The notes beneath the pieces are model-generated. The model did no database searches, was not told where the DNA came from, and was given only the letters and a program-made list of their open reading frames with translations. DNA of 64,000 nt from a virus (Duplodnaviria > Caudoviricetes): IMG/VR virus record IMGVR_UViG_3300011226_000001, positions 1 through 64,000 of that record. One strand, given 5' to 3'. The position numbers and the translations under genes were made by a program. Position 1 is the stretch's first letter. Every line of letters begins with the position of its first letter. This document shows positions 19,205 to 29,160 of this stretch, piece after piece.

Positions 19205-19851
19205 TAGCTTACTCCATTTTCTACGAGGCGACGCAACTCAATCAGTTGCTGTTCCTGCGTCATCTCAGAATCGAGAATAGAACGCAGGGCATTGTGCGGG
19301 ATAGTGCGCTTCTGGCTGAACGGCAGATTCTTGAGGAATCGCATTGCCATTGCACCAGTCTGCACCGCTTCGATCTGCATGTTTTCGATCAGGCGCATGT
19401 CACCGTTTTCTTCAAACGTAGCGCAGTCACGCAGCAGCTCACCAGCTTCTTCAACAACGATAGACGCGGCGTGAATACATTCTTCTGGCCACGTCGGATG
19501 ATCAGTTTCTGCATCGCGCAGTTCGTTCATGATCAGTTGCATCGCAGCTTGCTCGCGGCCGTGCACGGACTTCTGGAACAACGCCATGTTGTTTGCACAA
19601 TGCGACTTCATCATAGACTGATACTCAGAAGCCTCTGACTCACCGCCGATGTGCTGCAACAGGAAGCAGTTGTTAGGCAGATGATAGATGCAACGCGCCT
19701 GCATCGAAAGAATAGGGTCGCTGTCACTGTCTTCTGGGTGAGGCACAACAATGTCCAGAATCTCAACACCGCGACGGGGGATTTGACCTTCGTTCTCGCA
19801 GTAGCCTACATACAAGAACGAAGACACACGTTTGATTAGCTGCATAGTCAT
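19204..19851 (-). CDS. MazG-like NTP pyrophosphohydrolase domain protein
   Basis: IVVEEAGELL...EAVQTGAMAMRF (ExxE...E helix pair); next to thyA. Confidence 0.55.
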   Translation of the reverse strand: MTMQLIKRVSSFLYVGYCENEGQIPRRGVEILDIVVPHPEDSDSDPILSMQARCIYHLPNNCFLLQHIGGESEASEYQSMMKSHCANNMALFQKSVHGREQAAMQLIMNELRDAETDHPTWPEECIHAASIVVEEAGELLRDCATFEENGDMRLIENMQIEAVQTGAMAMRFLKNLPFSQKRTIPHNALRSILDSEMTQEQQLIELRRLVENGVS

Positions 19852-22157
19852 TTGGTTACACGTCCTTTAACCATAGGAGCCGGTGAGTAGTCGAGAAGCT
19901 GGAACCACTCTGCGTTAGCGTTGTCTAACAACTCTTCTGGCGTCAGGCCAAGAATGTCGTCAGTGATTTCGAGCAGCGGGTACTGGATAGGCTGGCCCGT
20001 AGTTTTCATCACTTCGCTCAGTGCTGCCCACTGCTTCTTCTGTTGTTCGAACGCTTCGAAGTGGTGCGTGTACAGATGCGTGTTGGTCGTGTTCAGCGTA
20101 AACGAACCAACGTTCAACCCAGCCCACTTCGCAATCAGTTGGTGCATTGCGCTGTAGCCCATGATGTTGAATGGTCGCCCGAGCAGCACATCGTTTGACT
20201 TGGTGTTCACCGGAGTTCGCTAGACTCAGGCCGTTCTCTCGCTCGGACATAAAGAGAACCGCTGCATATCGCTATGCAGAACAGACTATATCACAGACCC
20301 AATCATTGGGCCTCTCGCCATTTCGGCTCACTGTTTCGTGAGGCAGATTGCTCTGCGCCGCTTGGCCCTACTCTACTCACCTGCGTTTGGTCTTTCCTTT
20401 GACCCGCACGTTTTCGATAGTCGTTGCGCGTTTACGTTCCGGCTGTTTCACTTCTGACAGGTAATAGATATTCGCAAATTTTGGATTACTGCTATGTGCT
20501 CTATAAGAAAGCGTAGGACGCGGTATACCGAGTGCGTCAGACGCGGCAGATAAAGATTCGTACACGGCACCTTCAACGCTGATTGCTTTGACTATGTTTT
20601 CTTTCCATGAGTCATCGCGTGTTGCGTTTGCGAGTTTGATTTTCACAATAGCTTCTGGCGTGTGTGTCTTACCGTGAAACGAGTTCTTTTCTCCAGTGCG
20701 CGTTCTCGCATGTGCGCGTAACTTCTCACGACCTTCTTCGGTCAAACACGTACCTTGATTTGGGTGTGTTCTACCTAGATTGACTTCACGCAAGCGCTCA
20801 CGTACTTCTGGAGTATGTGTTCTGCCGTACATAGGGTTGTTCTTACCGCTAATCTTTTCGACTCGATCAGCGTAACGCTCAGGGTCACTTTGGATTTTCT
20901 TCCACAACTTCTTTGCGCTGATACTCTTGCCTTTGGCCAACTCTTTAGCTCTAGGATGATTAGTCAAGTAGTCACCACCAGACGCATAGTGCTTCATATT
21001 GAGTAGCAAAGGCGAACCCCAGTATTTCTTTATCAGTGCATCTTCTCGCTCACGCGCTTCATCCAGAGTATCAAACTCTTTGGACTCAACAACAAATGCT
21101 TTCCATCCTTTCTTGCTTGCGTTAAACAACTCTTGCAATGGAGTGTTAACGTGTTTATTTGCAAGCAGATTGGTCATATGTGTTTTTTGGCGCTTGTCGA
21201 TTGACGCAGCAGAGCCTATATAAAATTTACCTGTCTTCTTGTGTACCAGTCTATATACGAATGCCATTGTAACGATCCTTTCTTCGGTAGGTCGTTTAAA
21301 ATTAGCATTCTCAGAACGATTTAGCACAGGATTGTCTCAAAGAGATATTCCCTGTTTAGACGAGTTATTCGACCAAGATTACTCTTGGAAGGCGCTTAAT
21401 GTAACGAACGCATGGTCACAACGATATGTAAGGATGCGTCGGACGGTGCCATACCACGCGCTTCCATCTGCGCTGTTTCATACGCAGTAGGCTGAGTTAC
21501 GTTGAACTCAAACTCAGTGTGGCACGGCGGCAGACCCTGCATGTTCTGGTACGCAGGGTTGAACGCCTGAACGCGAATACGACGAGAGCGAGAACGCGCC
21601 ATGACCTGATGCAGTGCGTTAGCGAACTGGTCAATCTGACCTTCAAACAGAATACGTCCGTCAGTCAGTTGCGTTTCGATATACCCGTCTTCGCGCATAC
21701 GCAGGATTTCGTTACGCACACGAATCATCTCAGCAGTAGGCTCAGAGTGCTGAGGTTGCGTGTAGTCGTAGTACGCTTTCAGGTCAGGCCAGCGACGCCA
21801 CATCTCACCGTAGATAGGACCGCATTCGCCTTCTTCGTCTGCCCACTCGTCCCAGATTTTAGACTGGAGTGTGCTGATGTTCGTGTCACCACGCATGAAC
21901 CAGCAGGTTTCATCGACAGCGGCAAACCAGTTTTTACGTGCCGATAGCAGCGCAGGGAAAGCGATCAGAGTGTTAGACAACTGGAAGCCTACACCAATCA
22001 GAGTACGCCACGTATCTTCGGTGCGGCCGGGATCTGATTCGTCAGTACCACACGCCAGAATAGCGTTGCCTAGGTTGATGTACTGTTCGTCTACGCAGTG
22101 CAGAGAGTAAACTTCGTATTGATTTGGATCGCGCAGATCAAGAGGTTGCTTGTTCAT
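19848..22157 (-). CDS. thyA: thymidylate synthase, two exons (22157-21408 joined to 20198-19848; 366 aa)
   Basis: IWDEWAD, GPIYG..WR, LPPCH in exon 1; the splice gives MR|SNDVLLGRPFN; HLY in exon 2. Confidence 0.9.
20199..21407 (-). mobile_element. group I intron (1209 nt)
   Basis: 5' exon ends in U, intron ends in G; P1 GCGU/GCGC, P10 UCGUU/AACGA; P AAACAGGGAA, Q AAUCCUGUGC, R CAACGACUA (20418-26), S GAUAUAGUC (20284-92). Confidence 0.9.
20377..21267 (-). CDS. intron-encoded GIY-YIG homing endonuclease with NUMOD3-type repeats
   Basis: FVYRLVHKKTGKFYIGSA..R...H; NPMYGRTHT and NSFHGKTHT repeats; C-terminal HTH. Confidence 0.9.
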   Translation of the reverse strand: MAFVYRLVHKKTGKFYIGSAASIDKRQKTHMTNLLANKHVNTPLQELFNASKKGWKAFVVESKEFDTLDEAREREDALIKKYWGSPLLLNMKHYASGGDYLTNHPRAKELAKGKSISAKKLWKKIQSDPERYADRVEKISGKNNPMYGRTHTPEVRERLREVNLGRTHPNQGTCLTEEGREKLRAHARTRTGEKNSFHGKTHTPEAIVKIKLANATRDDSWKENIVKAISVEGAVYESLSAASDALGIPRPTLSYRAHSSNPKFANIYYLSEVKQPERKRATTIENVRVKGKTKRR

Positions 22158-22507
22158 TAAGAGTTCCGACTGTCTTTGTGGTAGATAATGGGATGAAGGC
22201 CGAACGAGAGCGCAGTCTTCTGGTTATTGCTTACAGAATGATGAATGGTAGGATGAAGGCCGAAGTGCGGGTGCCACTCATACACTTCCATATCTTCGGC
22301 GAGATACAGCTTATCGCCGAAGTCGAGACCCTGTACGTTAGGCACAGTCACGGTGTGAATGCCGTTGTTCAAATAGACACGCTCACCAAAAGGCTTACCG
22401 TCTTCGATGATGCGCTCACGACGCACGACAATGAAAGGTGAATCAATGCCGAAAGTCTTTTTCAGCAGTTCGCGGGTTTGTTCGTTGAAACGAATTACAG
22501 GAGGCAT
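22157..22507 (-). CDS. hypothetical protein
   Basis: 116 aa, TAATG-coupled on both sides. Confidence 0.6.
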   Translation of the reverse strand: MPPVIRFNEQTRELLKKTFGIDSPFIVVRRERIIEDGKPFGERVYLNNGIHTVTVPNVQGLDFGDKLYLAEDMEVYEWHPHFGLHPTIHHSVSNNQKTALSFGLHPIIYHKDSRNS

Positions 22508-22848
22508 TATTTGATCTCGTTATAGCGATAACGTAAGACATAGGCGGGCAATTCAACGTAACGCCCGCTGCTTCTTTGAACCAATACAGACGGTGTGAAC
22601 TTGTCGTTCGGACTGTTCGAGTAATATACAAGGCGACACGTCATTGATGGGAACCACTTGTGACGAAAGCGCGTGTCATTCTGTGGGTCCCAGCCGTCTG
22701 CAAATGCTTTGCGCGACAATCGAAACGTGCGACGCTCAAGGTACTCGGTCAGCACAAAGAAACCAATGATAACAACAGGTGCGACGAACGATGAGGCTGG
22801 GCTATCCCAAAACGGACTGTTCCAGATTGCTTTGAGAATGTCCATCAC
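22507..22848 (-). CDS. hypothetical membrane protein
   Basis: One TM segment (FVAPVVIIGFFVL). Confidence 0.55.
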   Translation of the reverse strand: MMDILKAIWNSPFWDSPASSFVAPVVIIGFFVLTEYLERRTFRLSRKAFADGWDPQNDTRFRHKWFPSMTCRLVYYSNSPNDKFTPSVLVQRSSGRYVELPAYVLRYRYNEIK

Positions 22849-23192
22849 TCGTCAACCTCCGGAGGTGCTTCTGCGCCTTTACCCTGAGTCTTCATGTACT
22901 CGGCAATAATCGCGCTGTCTTCGGGGCGTGATTTCAGTTCCAGAGATTCAGACTCGCCGAAGCATTGAAGCGTCGTTAGGTTAATGAAGCCCGCGGAGAT
23001 TGGCTCGACACGCTGGTGGTAGTGATTGTCTTGATAGCCATTGTGCATACCATAGCCACGAATCGCATCACCCATATCTGAGTGCATGATATGGGTTGGA
23101 AAAATGACAGGCAGGTGAACGCCGTCAGTACGCTCTTTGTTTCGCGTTCGGACGAACATCACATACTTAAACACCAGAGCTGTTTGTTCCAT
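22845..23192 (-). CDS. hypothetical phage protein
   Basis: PVIFP..HSDM..SAGF..CFGESESL.L.SRPED pattern common in phage small proteins. Confidence 0.6.
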   Translation of the reverse strand: MEQTALVFKYVMFVRTRNKERTDGVHLPVIFPTHIMHSDMGDAIRGYGMHNGYQDNHYHQRVEPISAGFINLTTLQCFGESESLELKSRPEDSAIIAEYMKTQGKGAEAPPEVDE

Positions 23193-23808
23193 CAGAGGTA
23201 GCCTCTTTGTGATAGATGAAAATGAATTGCGAAAGCAACATCGCTGTTTGCTTGCTTTCATTTACAGTAAATACGACGATTGGATGCGCTTCACCTAAAC
23301 CGAGCACCATTTCAATACGAGCGCGTAACGGGTAGACTTTTGCGACATGTCCTTGGGCCATTAGTTTTTGTGGAGGCTCGTTGCGTAGAGAACTCTCCAC
23401 CCAAATCTCACCCTCTTTCGGCAGAGTGATTCGCGTGTTGGCTTCCATCTGCATCCATGCAAGAGTGGTATTGAATTGTTCCTTATTTTCACCACGACTG
23501 ATATGCGCAAACTTGTGGCAAAACTCGCTGAATGGCCTGTTGTAGATCTGTTGGAAGTCATTCGTGTAGATGACATTGATTTCCCACCCAGCCTTTGAAG
23601 TACCTGTATTGGTCAGACACAGTACAGTATACGGTCGGCCTGTCTTCAAATGCACCCAGACATTGCCGCGATCAAGACGACCGCAGTTATAGTGCTCCTG
23701 TGCTTTAATCAGGTGGCGGTCACGTTCGACCTTGTTCATGACATAACGCCAGATTAGGTAGCACAGTATGATTGCTGGAATAGCTTTCAGAACATCGTAA
23801 AACATCAC
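23167..23808 (-). CDS. membrane-anchored DUF1653-like protein
   Basis: N-terminal TM; WVHLKTGRPYTV...VIY...RPFSEF. Confidence 0.5.
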   Translation of the reverse strand: MMFYDVLKAIPAIILCYLIWRYVMNKVERDRHLIKAQEHYNCGRLDRGNVWVHLKTGRPYTVLCLTNTGTSKAGWEINVIYTNDFQQIYNRPFSEFCHKFAHISRGENKEQFNTTLAWMQMEANTRITLPKEGEIWVESSLRNEPPQKLMAQGHVAKVYPLRARIEMVLGLGEAHPIVVFTVNESKQTAMLLSQFIFIYHKEATSDGTNSSGV

Positions 23809-24348
23809 TCACTCCTTAGGGTGTTGATAGGTGTCGAATACAGACAGGTCGGTGCCCTGACGAATAGCATCAGCGATGATCGAGATGCGCATATCAGTCT
23901 GAGGTGTAGAACCCTGCACCAGACGCTTACGATGGAAATACTGATAGGTCATGTACAGCGCTTCGAGCATCACAGGGCCAGCCGCAGCCAGAACGCAGTT
24001 AGCTTTGCGGTTGTCTTCGCACATCTTATAGCCTGCGTCAGTGCTGTCCAGACCGCTTTGCATCTGACCAAGATGCGTCCACCAGTAGCGCTCACCTTCA
24101 CGTTTCTCACGCAACTCATAGATGCCGTTGCCATACGTTCCGTTCTTTACGTTGACGTAACGTTGAGCGCGGGAGTGTTTGAGATCTTTGAACGCAGGAA
24201 CTTGCTCCTCGTTCTCAGGCACGTCGATGATTTGCACCAACGTGTATTCAAATTTCTTACTGCCTTGACAGTCACAGCTACTGACTTTACCGATATGAAC
24301 GTACTTGCAGTGCTTACAACGATACGCTGTTTGCATCATGTTCTCCAA
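23809..24348 (-). CDS. hypothetical protein with N-terminal Zn-ribbon
   Basis: CKHC...CDC. Confidence 0.6.
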   Translation of the reverse strand: MENMMQTAYRCKHCKYVHIGKVSSCDCQGSKKFEYTLVQIIDVPENEEQVPAFKDLKHSRAQRYVNVKNGTYGNGIYELREKREGERYWWTHLGQMQSGLDSTDAGYKMCEDNRKANCVLAAAGPVMLEALYMTYQYFHRKRLVQGSTPQTDMRISIIADAIRQGTDLSVFDTYQHPKE

Positions 24349-24351
24349 AAC

Positions 24352-24375
24352 AAAAATGGGGCACTAGGCCCCATG
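24352..24375 (-). terminator. Rho-independent terminator
   Basis: ATGGGGC-CTAGT-GCCCCATTTTT. Confidence 0.8.
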
Positions 24376-24377
24376 AG

Positions 24378-24542
24378 TTAGATTTTACAGGCGCCGCTTT
24401 CGCAACCATCAGCATCTTTATCGTCAACGACTTCGCCGCCTCCGTCACGCATAGCTTCGACACGATCTTCTGCGTCGTCTACGCCTGGGATAACTGCGTC
24501 TGCGTTGAAGTAATCTGCTAATGGATTGTTAGGTTGGCTCAT
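24378..24542 (-). CDS. 54-aa acidic peptide ending in an NrdA-like redox tail (not in ORF track)
   Basis: MSQPNNPLADYF...MRDGGGEVVDDKDADGCESGACKI*; followed immediately by a terminator. Confidence 0.65.
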   Translation of the reverse strand: MSQPNNPLADYFNADAVIPGVDDAEDRVEAMRDGGGEVVDDKDADGCESGACKI

Positions 24543-25017
24543 TGCTTTTCTCGTCGTACAATTGTTGGATTTTCTGACCCATCTCGTTCATGCACGTCAC
24601 AGCAACGAGGCTGGCACGACGAGCGAGGATAGGGTCGGTCAAGACGCCAGTGAGAGTGGCATCATCAAAACCCAGAATGTTCATCAGCATAGCAAGACGA
24701 ACACTACCGAGTGTAGATTTAGTTTCCGCGTCACCTGCTTGCGACAGCTTGTTCACAAGCGAGGCACTCAGATCCTGAAACGCAGTATCTACCAGACGCT
24801 CAGTTTCATCGAGATGGTTCGTCAGTAACTCACAACGAACTTCATCAGGAATTTGGAGCTGCATCAGCGCAAGGCCTACAGCCATCTTGCGACGTTTCTC
24901 TTCGGAGAGACTCTCAACAAAACGCGCAGCGTCTTCGTCTGGTATGAGATTCATAAAATCATCCGGCAGACCAAGAGCGCGATAGCGTTGAATCGCAACT
25001 TCTTTAAGATCAATCAT
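24529..25017 (-). CDS. hypothetical protein
   Basis: 162 aa, AAGGA RBS. Confidence 0.6.
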   Translation of the reverse strand: MIDLKEVAIQRYRALGLPDDFMNLIPDEDAARFVESLSEEKRRKMAVGLALMQLQIPDEVRCELLTNHLDETERLVDTAFQDLSASLVNKLSQAGDAETKSTLGSVRLAMLMNILGFDDATLTGVLTDPILARRASLVAVTCMNEMGQKIQQLYDEKSNEPT

Positions 25018-25026
25018 TGATGTTCC

Positions 25027-25797
25027 TTAACGTTGTTTACGGCGCGCTTTCTTTTGGGCGCGTGTTTTGGCACGGAGCTTCTTGCGATCAGAAGCAGAGG
25101 TCGCAGCACGGTCACGACGTTCAGCAGACCACTTACCTCCAGTCGCTTCGTATGAAACATGAACAGTAGTCGGCTGAGGACCTCTCGGATCGCCAGTTTT
25201 GAAATCGACGATAGGTCCTGTTTCAGATTGCAGATAGTGCAGAGGCAAATGCTTTTCTGGCACAGACTGACCTCCACCAGACTCGGCAGGAATAACGCCG
25301 AGCTGTTCACCACTAAGACCGAAGGCCGTAGCAATCATAGCCATAGACAGATCATCTGTCTTCACATCACCAAGATGAATATCAGTTTGCAGCATACGTT
25401 TCCCTGGTGCTACATCAACTTTAATGCGTCCATCACGCGGCAGATTATCCGACATACGAGGATAACGATGCACAACACCGCGAACTACACCCGACGAATG
25501 TTCAAACGTGTCAGAGAGTTCTTCGATGCTACTGCTAGGTGAAGACATGCGACCCATGACAGCATTAGCCATAACCCTGTCTTCGAGTTTAGAGAAGTCC
25601 AAGCTACCAAACTTCTGCTCATGGTCATAACGACGGGCAGCTTCGTGCTGGGCCCTCAACAAGGGATCAGATTCAATCATCTGCACAAGACGCTCAAGCG
25701 ACTTTTGTTGCTGTCTATCGAACGCACGACACGCCTCGTCCTGTTGTTCTTTAGTCAGAGGGTGGCATTTAAAACCTGATTCGAATTTGCTTTCCAT
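25027..25797 (-). CDS. hypothetical protein
   Basis: 256 aa, GAGG RBS, basic C-tail. Confidence 0.6.
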   Translation of the reverse strand: MESKFESGFKCHPLTKEQQDEACRAFDRQQQKSLERLVQMIESDPLLRAQHEAARRYDHEQKFGSLDFSKLEDRVMANAVMGRMSSPSSSIEELSDTFEHSSGVVRGVVHRYPRMSDNLPRDGRIKVDVAPGKRMLQTDIHLGDVKTDDLSMAMIATAFGLSGEQLGVIPAESGGGQSVPEKHLPLHYLQSETGPIVDFKTGDPRGPQPTTVHVSYEATGGKWSAERRDRAATSASDRKKLRAKTRAQKKARRKQR

Positions 25798-25822
25798 GTT
25801 GAGAGCCTCTCAGTTATTGGTC

Positions 25823-26344
25823 TTAATTAGACGCTGGTGTTGTTGCAATTACATCATTGATGCGGTCGATGCCTTGCTGCATACGTCGGACAACGCTGTC
25901 CATATCGAGACAGAACATTTTGATCTTCGACGCGTCGAGATGATCAGTCAGGCGATACTCACGCGCGTACACAACTGTCTTAACACCCTCAGCTTCGAGA
26001 TCAGCGAGACAGTTCGGACATGGCGAATCGGTGCAGAACAGGATGTCCTCTTCCTCTGCCCACATGCTGTGTTCTTCCATGCGATTGAGGCAATTCACCT
26101 CAGCATGGATAACGGTGTCGAGCGATAACGTCAGGTCTTCGTTCTCCATGACGTTGCTTGCGCCTGGCTCAGTACCGTTAACGCCGCTGCTCACAATGGT
26201 CGGGAAACCATTATGGAAGTGAATCAGCATTGCAGCAGTCGCACGACGTTTTGACTTTGACGCACCAGCCAGAGTAAACACGCTCGCCATGATGTGTTCA
26301 GCCTGAGTGATATTAATCGGTAATTCGTTTAAGGTGCAGCGCAC
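25823..26344 (-). CDS. dCMP deaminase
   Basis: G.NG, HAEVN and PCPNC zinc motifs. Confidence 0.85.
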   Translation of the reverse strand: MRCTLNELPINITQAEHIMASVFTLAGASKSKRRATAAMLIHFHNGFPTIVSSGVNGTEPGASNVMENEDLTLSLDTVIHAEVNCLNRMEEHSMWAEEEDILFCTDSPCPNCLADLEAEGVKTVVYAREYRLTDHLDASKIKMFCLDMDSVVRRMQQGIDRINDVIATTPASN

Positions 26345-27176
26345 GTTCTTTCCTCCGCTTTTCTCTTTTCGACGTTGAGCAACCAGTCAAGATAAGCAAG
26401 CCGCAGATTACGGCCTTTACCTTCAACTGGATTTGCATCGCCCTTGTTGCTGATCTTTACAGATTTCTTGGTGTGGGAAACAAACAGCTTTAGCTCGTCA
26501 ATGCGGTCAGCTATGCCCATTTGCTGTGGGATGCAGTCAGACTTAGTGCCACGACACTTGCCTGTCTCGTCAAAGACAAACTCGCAATCGTCGCAGATGC
26601 CATTATGCCATTCCCAACGCACCGTCCAGCCACGAAGCGACCACACCTGCTGCATGATCGCTTCGGCATCACGATGAATCTGCTCGTAGTACCGGCGGAT
26701 TTCATCGGACGACGCATCATCACTCAGCTGGCGATACATAGACTTTCTCCCGCAGCGCACCGAAGTGGTATAGCTTCCCTTCTACTTTGGATTCGCGCAA
26801 TTGCTTAACACGTTCGGCACGAAGCACGGCCCACGTAAACACGGCAGTAGTCAAATCAGGACCAACAACACGAGGACCATGCTCCAGTCTACGTCCGTAT
26901 TCCTGAGACAGTGTGCGATAGATTGGATTGCGTGACCACACATTGAACTGCCACACAATTCTGTCTTCTTCGCCGGGACGAGGCTTATGATAAGGTGCTA
27001 CGGTACGCTCAACATGCAGACCGTAACGCTCGATCACCAGCAGAATGTTCTCTGCCGATTCAGGACGCCAGTGACTAACCAGACCCATTGGTTTGCCGAT
27101 AGCATCGACGTAACAGGCAGATGGGCCGTCACTTACGACGGACATATCGAGCGCCTTAACCAGACGCTCACGCAAC

Positions 27177-27515
27177 TCAGTGAAGGACGAGTTTTCCACC
27201 AGCCACCTCTGCTTTATCAAAACCACGAAGGGTGACGAAGCTATTGTCGTCACGGAACACAACATAGTCCCCCGGCTTGAGTTCGATATCCACGTCCTGA
27301 TCTCGAATGCCCAGCACCAGATAGTCGTAACCGCCAACGATAGATTCGTCGATGCTGTTAGGGAACAGCTTGTCGCACACAACTTCGCGGACGTACTGAG
27401 GCGCATCGGTTGCCTGACCATCGAAGTAGATGATATCAAACAGCGGACCGTCTTCGAAACGATCACGCAATTGTTCCAGATGACGCATTTTCAACAACGC
27501 TTTGATCTTACGCAT
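27177..27515 (-). CDS. hypothetical protein
   Basis: 112 aa, GAGG RBS; PGDYVV motif. Confidence 0.55.
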   Translation of the reverse strand: MRKIKALLKMRHLEQLRDRFEDGPLFDIIYFDGQATDAPQYVREVVCDKLFPNSIDESIVGGYDYLVLGIRDQDVDIELKPGDYVVFRDDNSFVTLRGFDKAEVAGGKLVLH

Positions 27516-28206
27516 TCTTACCTCTGTTAAAATGTTCAGGATAGACCGTGTACAGGTGACACGATATGGCGTGACGCAGACGATGGATTGTCAGCACATG
27601 GTTGTAATACCAACGGCGGAAGTGAGTGCTACGCGTTTCCTCGTCGGACCCAAGCAGTGCCCGCCACTCGCCGTTCCACACGTACTGCCAGCTTGACTCA
27701 ATGCCACGAACGGACAGCAGCACAGATTCATTGTCGTACAGTTGGGCAGCCTGTCTACGGCCAGCAGCACACAAGAGAATATCCTGTTCTTCCGCAGATC
27801 GCGTCAAGTATTGCAGCGTTTCGTTGCGGAACATGTTCTGGTTTGATTTGCAGATAAGGTGTGACGGACCGTCTTCTGCAAGGAACGCCGTTTCCAGTTC
27901 GGAGCAGATAGTGCTCATACCGTCAATAAGACCTTCGAGAATGATGTGTGCGTTACGGCGGCACTTATCAAGTGAGTCGAAGAGGTCAAACTCACGGTGA
28001 CGAATGACAGGACCTGAGATTGAGATCGTGTGCATCAGATCTGCTGTCTCGTCTTGCGGACGAATGTGATCAATCCAGAACGACTCATCAAGCTCCGCGC
28101 CAAGACGAACAAGGTCAAGCGCGTAGCCAAACAGCGTGGCAGATTTCTTGTTGAACTGGAAGCCGTTGATGATATGCACTGGCATGTCTTGCATGTTCTG
28201 TTCCAT
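27508..28206 (-). CDS. hypothetical protein
   Basis: 232 aa, GGAG RBS. Confidence 0.6.
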   Translation of the reverse strand: MEQNMQDMPVHIINGFQFNKKSATLFGYALDLVRLGAELDESFWIDHIRPQDETADLMHTISISGPVIRHREFDLFDSLDKCRRNAHIILEGLIDGMSTICSELETAFLAEDGPSHLICKSNQNMFRNETLQYLTRSAEEQDILLCAAGRRQAAQLYDNESVLLSVRGIESSWQYVWNGEWRALLGSDEETRSTHFRRWYYNHVLTIHRLRHAISCHLYTVYPEHFNRGKNA

Positions 28207-28208
28207 GA

Positions 28209-28790
28209 TTACTCCACCAGCAGGCTATGGATTTGAACGTACACTTGACCCTGATACTTGTTGTAGTCAGCGCTTACGTTTACGTCGCGGTTGTTTGACA
28301 GGTGCGCACTACCCTTCCAGTAGCCGTCGTATTGTTCTTCCATGTTGTACGCACGAACGCAGGTCACGTTGTTTGCTTTCATGCTATCGAGCGTATCAAG
28401 CACACTGCACACGTCCTGCTCTACCTCAGTGTGATTGTCTTTGTTCATAGCATAGAAGCCACTGCCAAAAGACAGAACACACAGAATCAACCATGCGTAA
28501 CTAATGTTGCGGTTTTTCTTTTGCGTAAGCGTGTCGCGTTTCCACAGATAGACAGGCACGAAGAACAGCCATCCCCATGATGGTGCCGTGTGGCCGCTAT
28601 CCATGATCTTGCGTGTATCAAGGATGATAGCAACCGAATAAACTGCGAAGACAACCAGAACAGGCCAGAGTGCATTGTAGTCAAACAGGAAATCACTTGC
28701 GATTGAGAACGCAGCACCGAAGAACAGCGCAGCCAGTGGCCAGCTATCGTATTCACGCAGGTCAAAATACTTAGACAGAAACTCTTTCAT
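28209..28790 (-). CDS. multi-pass membrane protein
   Basis: About four hydrophobic segments then a soluble C-domain; AAGGA RBS. Confidence 0.65.
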   Translation of the reverse strand: MKEFLSKYFDLREYDSWPLAALFFGAAFSIASDFLFDYNALWPVLVVFAVYSVAIILDTRKIMDSGHTAPSWGWLFFVPVYLWKRDTLTQKKNRNISYAWLILCVLSFGSGFYAMNKDNHTEVEQDVCSVLDTLDSMKANNVTCVRAYNMEEQYDGYWKGSAHLSNNRDVNVSADYNKYQGQVYVQIHSLLVE

Positions 28791-28841
28791 TTTATATCCT
28801 TAATATGTAGTCAAATGGTTGGTACGTTATTGTTTTACAGA

Positions 28842-29153
28842 TTACTTCTTGGAACAGTATTTCTGGTACAGCTCGTCTGCCCTGTATTCTGCCGCACGTT
28901 GATGACTCTCGGCACCGCCATGAAGACCAGCAATGTAGCGCTTACGTTCTTCGATTTGCAGAGTGCGCCGTTCGATTTCCACAATCAGCGCCTCGTCCGA
29001 CCAGTCAGGAATTGACGAAGGACAGATCACACCGCAGGCGTCTTTTTCGTCTTTCGAAACGTACCATGCAACAGCACTAATCTTTTCCAGTTCACGCACG
29101 ATACTAAACAGAACGCGTTTCAGTTTGGGATTTGCTTCATGTTCAGGTGTCAT
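28842..29153 (-). CDS. hypothetical protein
   Basis: 103 aa, GAGG RBS. Confidence 0.55.
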   Translation of the reverse strand: MTPEHEANPKLKRVLFSIVRELEKISAVAWYVSKDEKDACGVICPSSIPDWSDEALIVEIERRTLQIEERKRYIAGLHGGAESHQRAAEYRADELYQKYCSKK

Positions 29154-29160
29154 AGCAGCC

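Noticed and set aside
19848-22157. thyA as a dCMP hydroxymethylase supplying a modified base for the glycosyltransferase
   Set aside because: It keeps the dUMP-specifying Asn (PFN) and standard TS motifs. A dUMP hydroxymethylase cannot be fully excluded.
24381-24392. CTGTAAAAT as another copy of the promoter motif
   Set aside because: It is explained by the Cys-Lys-Ile codons of the NrdA-tail peptide and is followed directly by a terminator.
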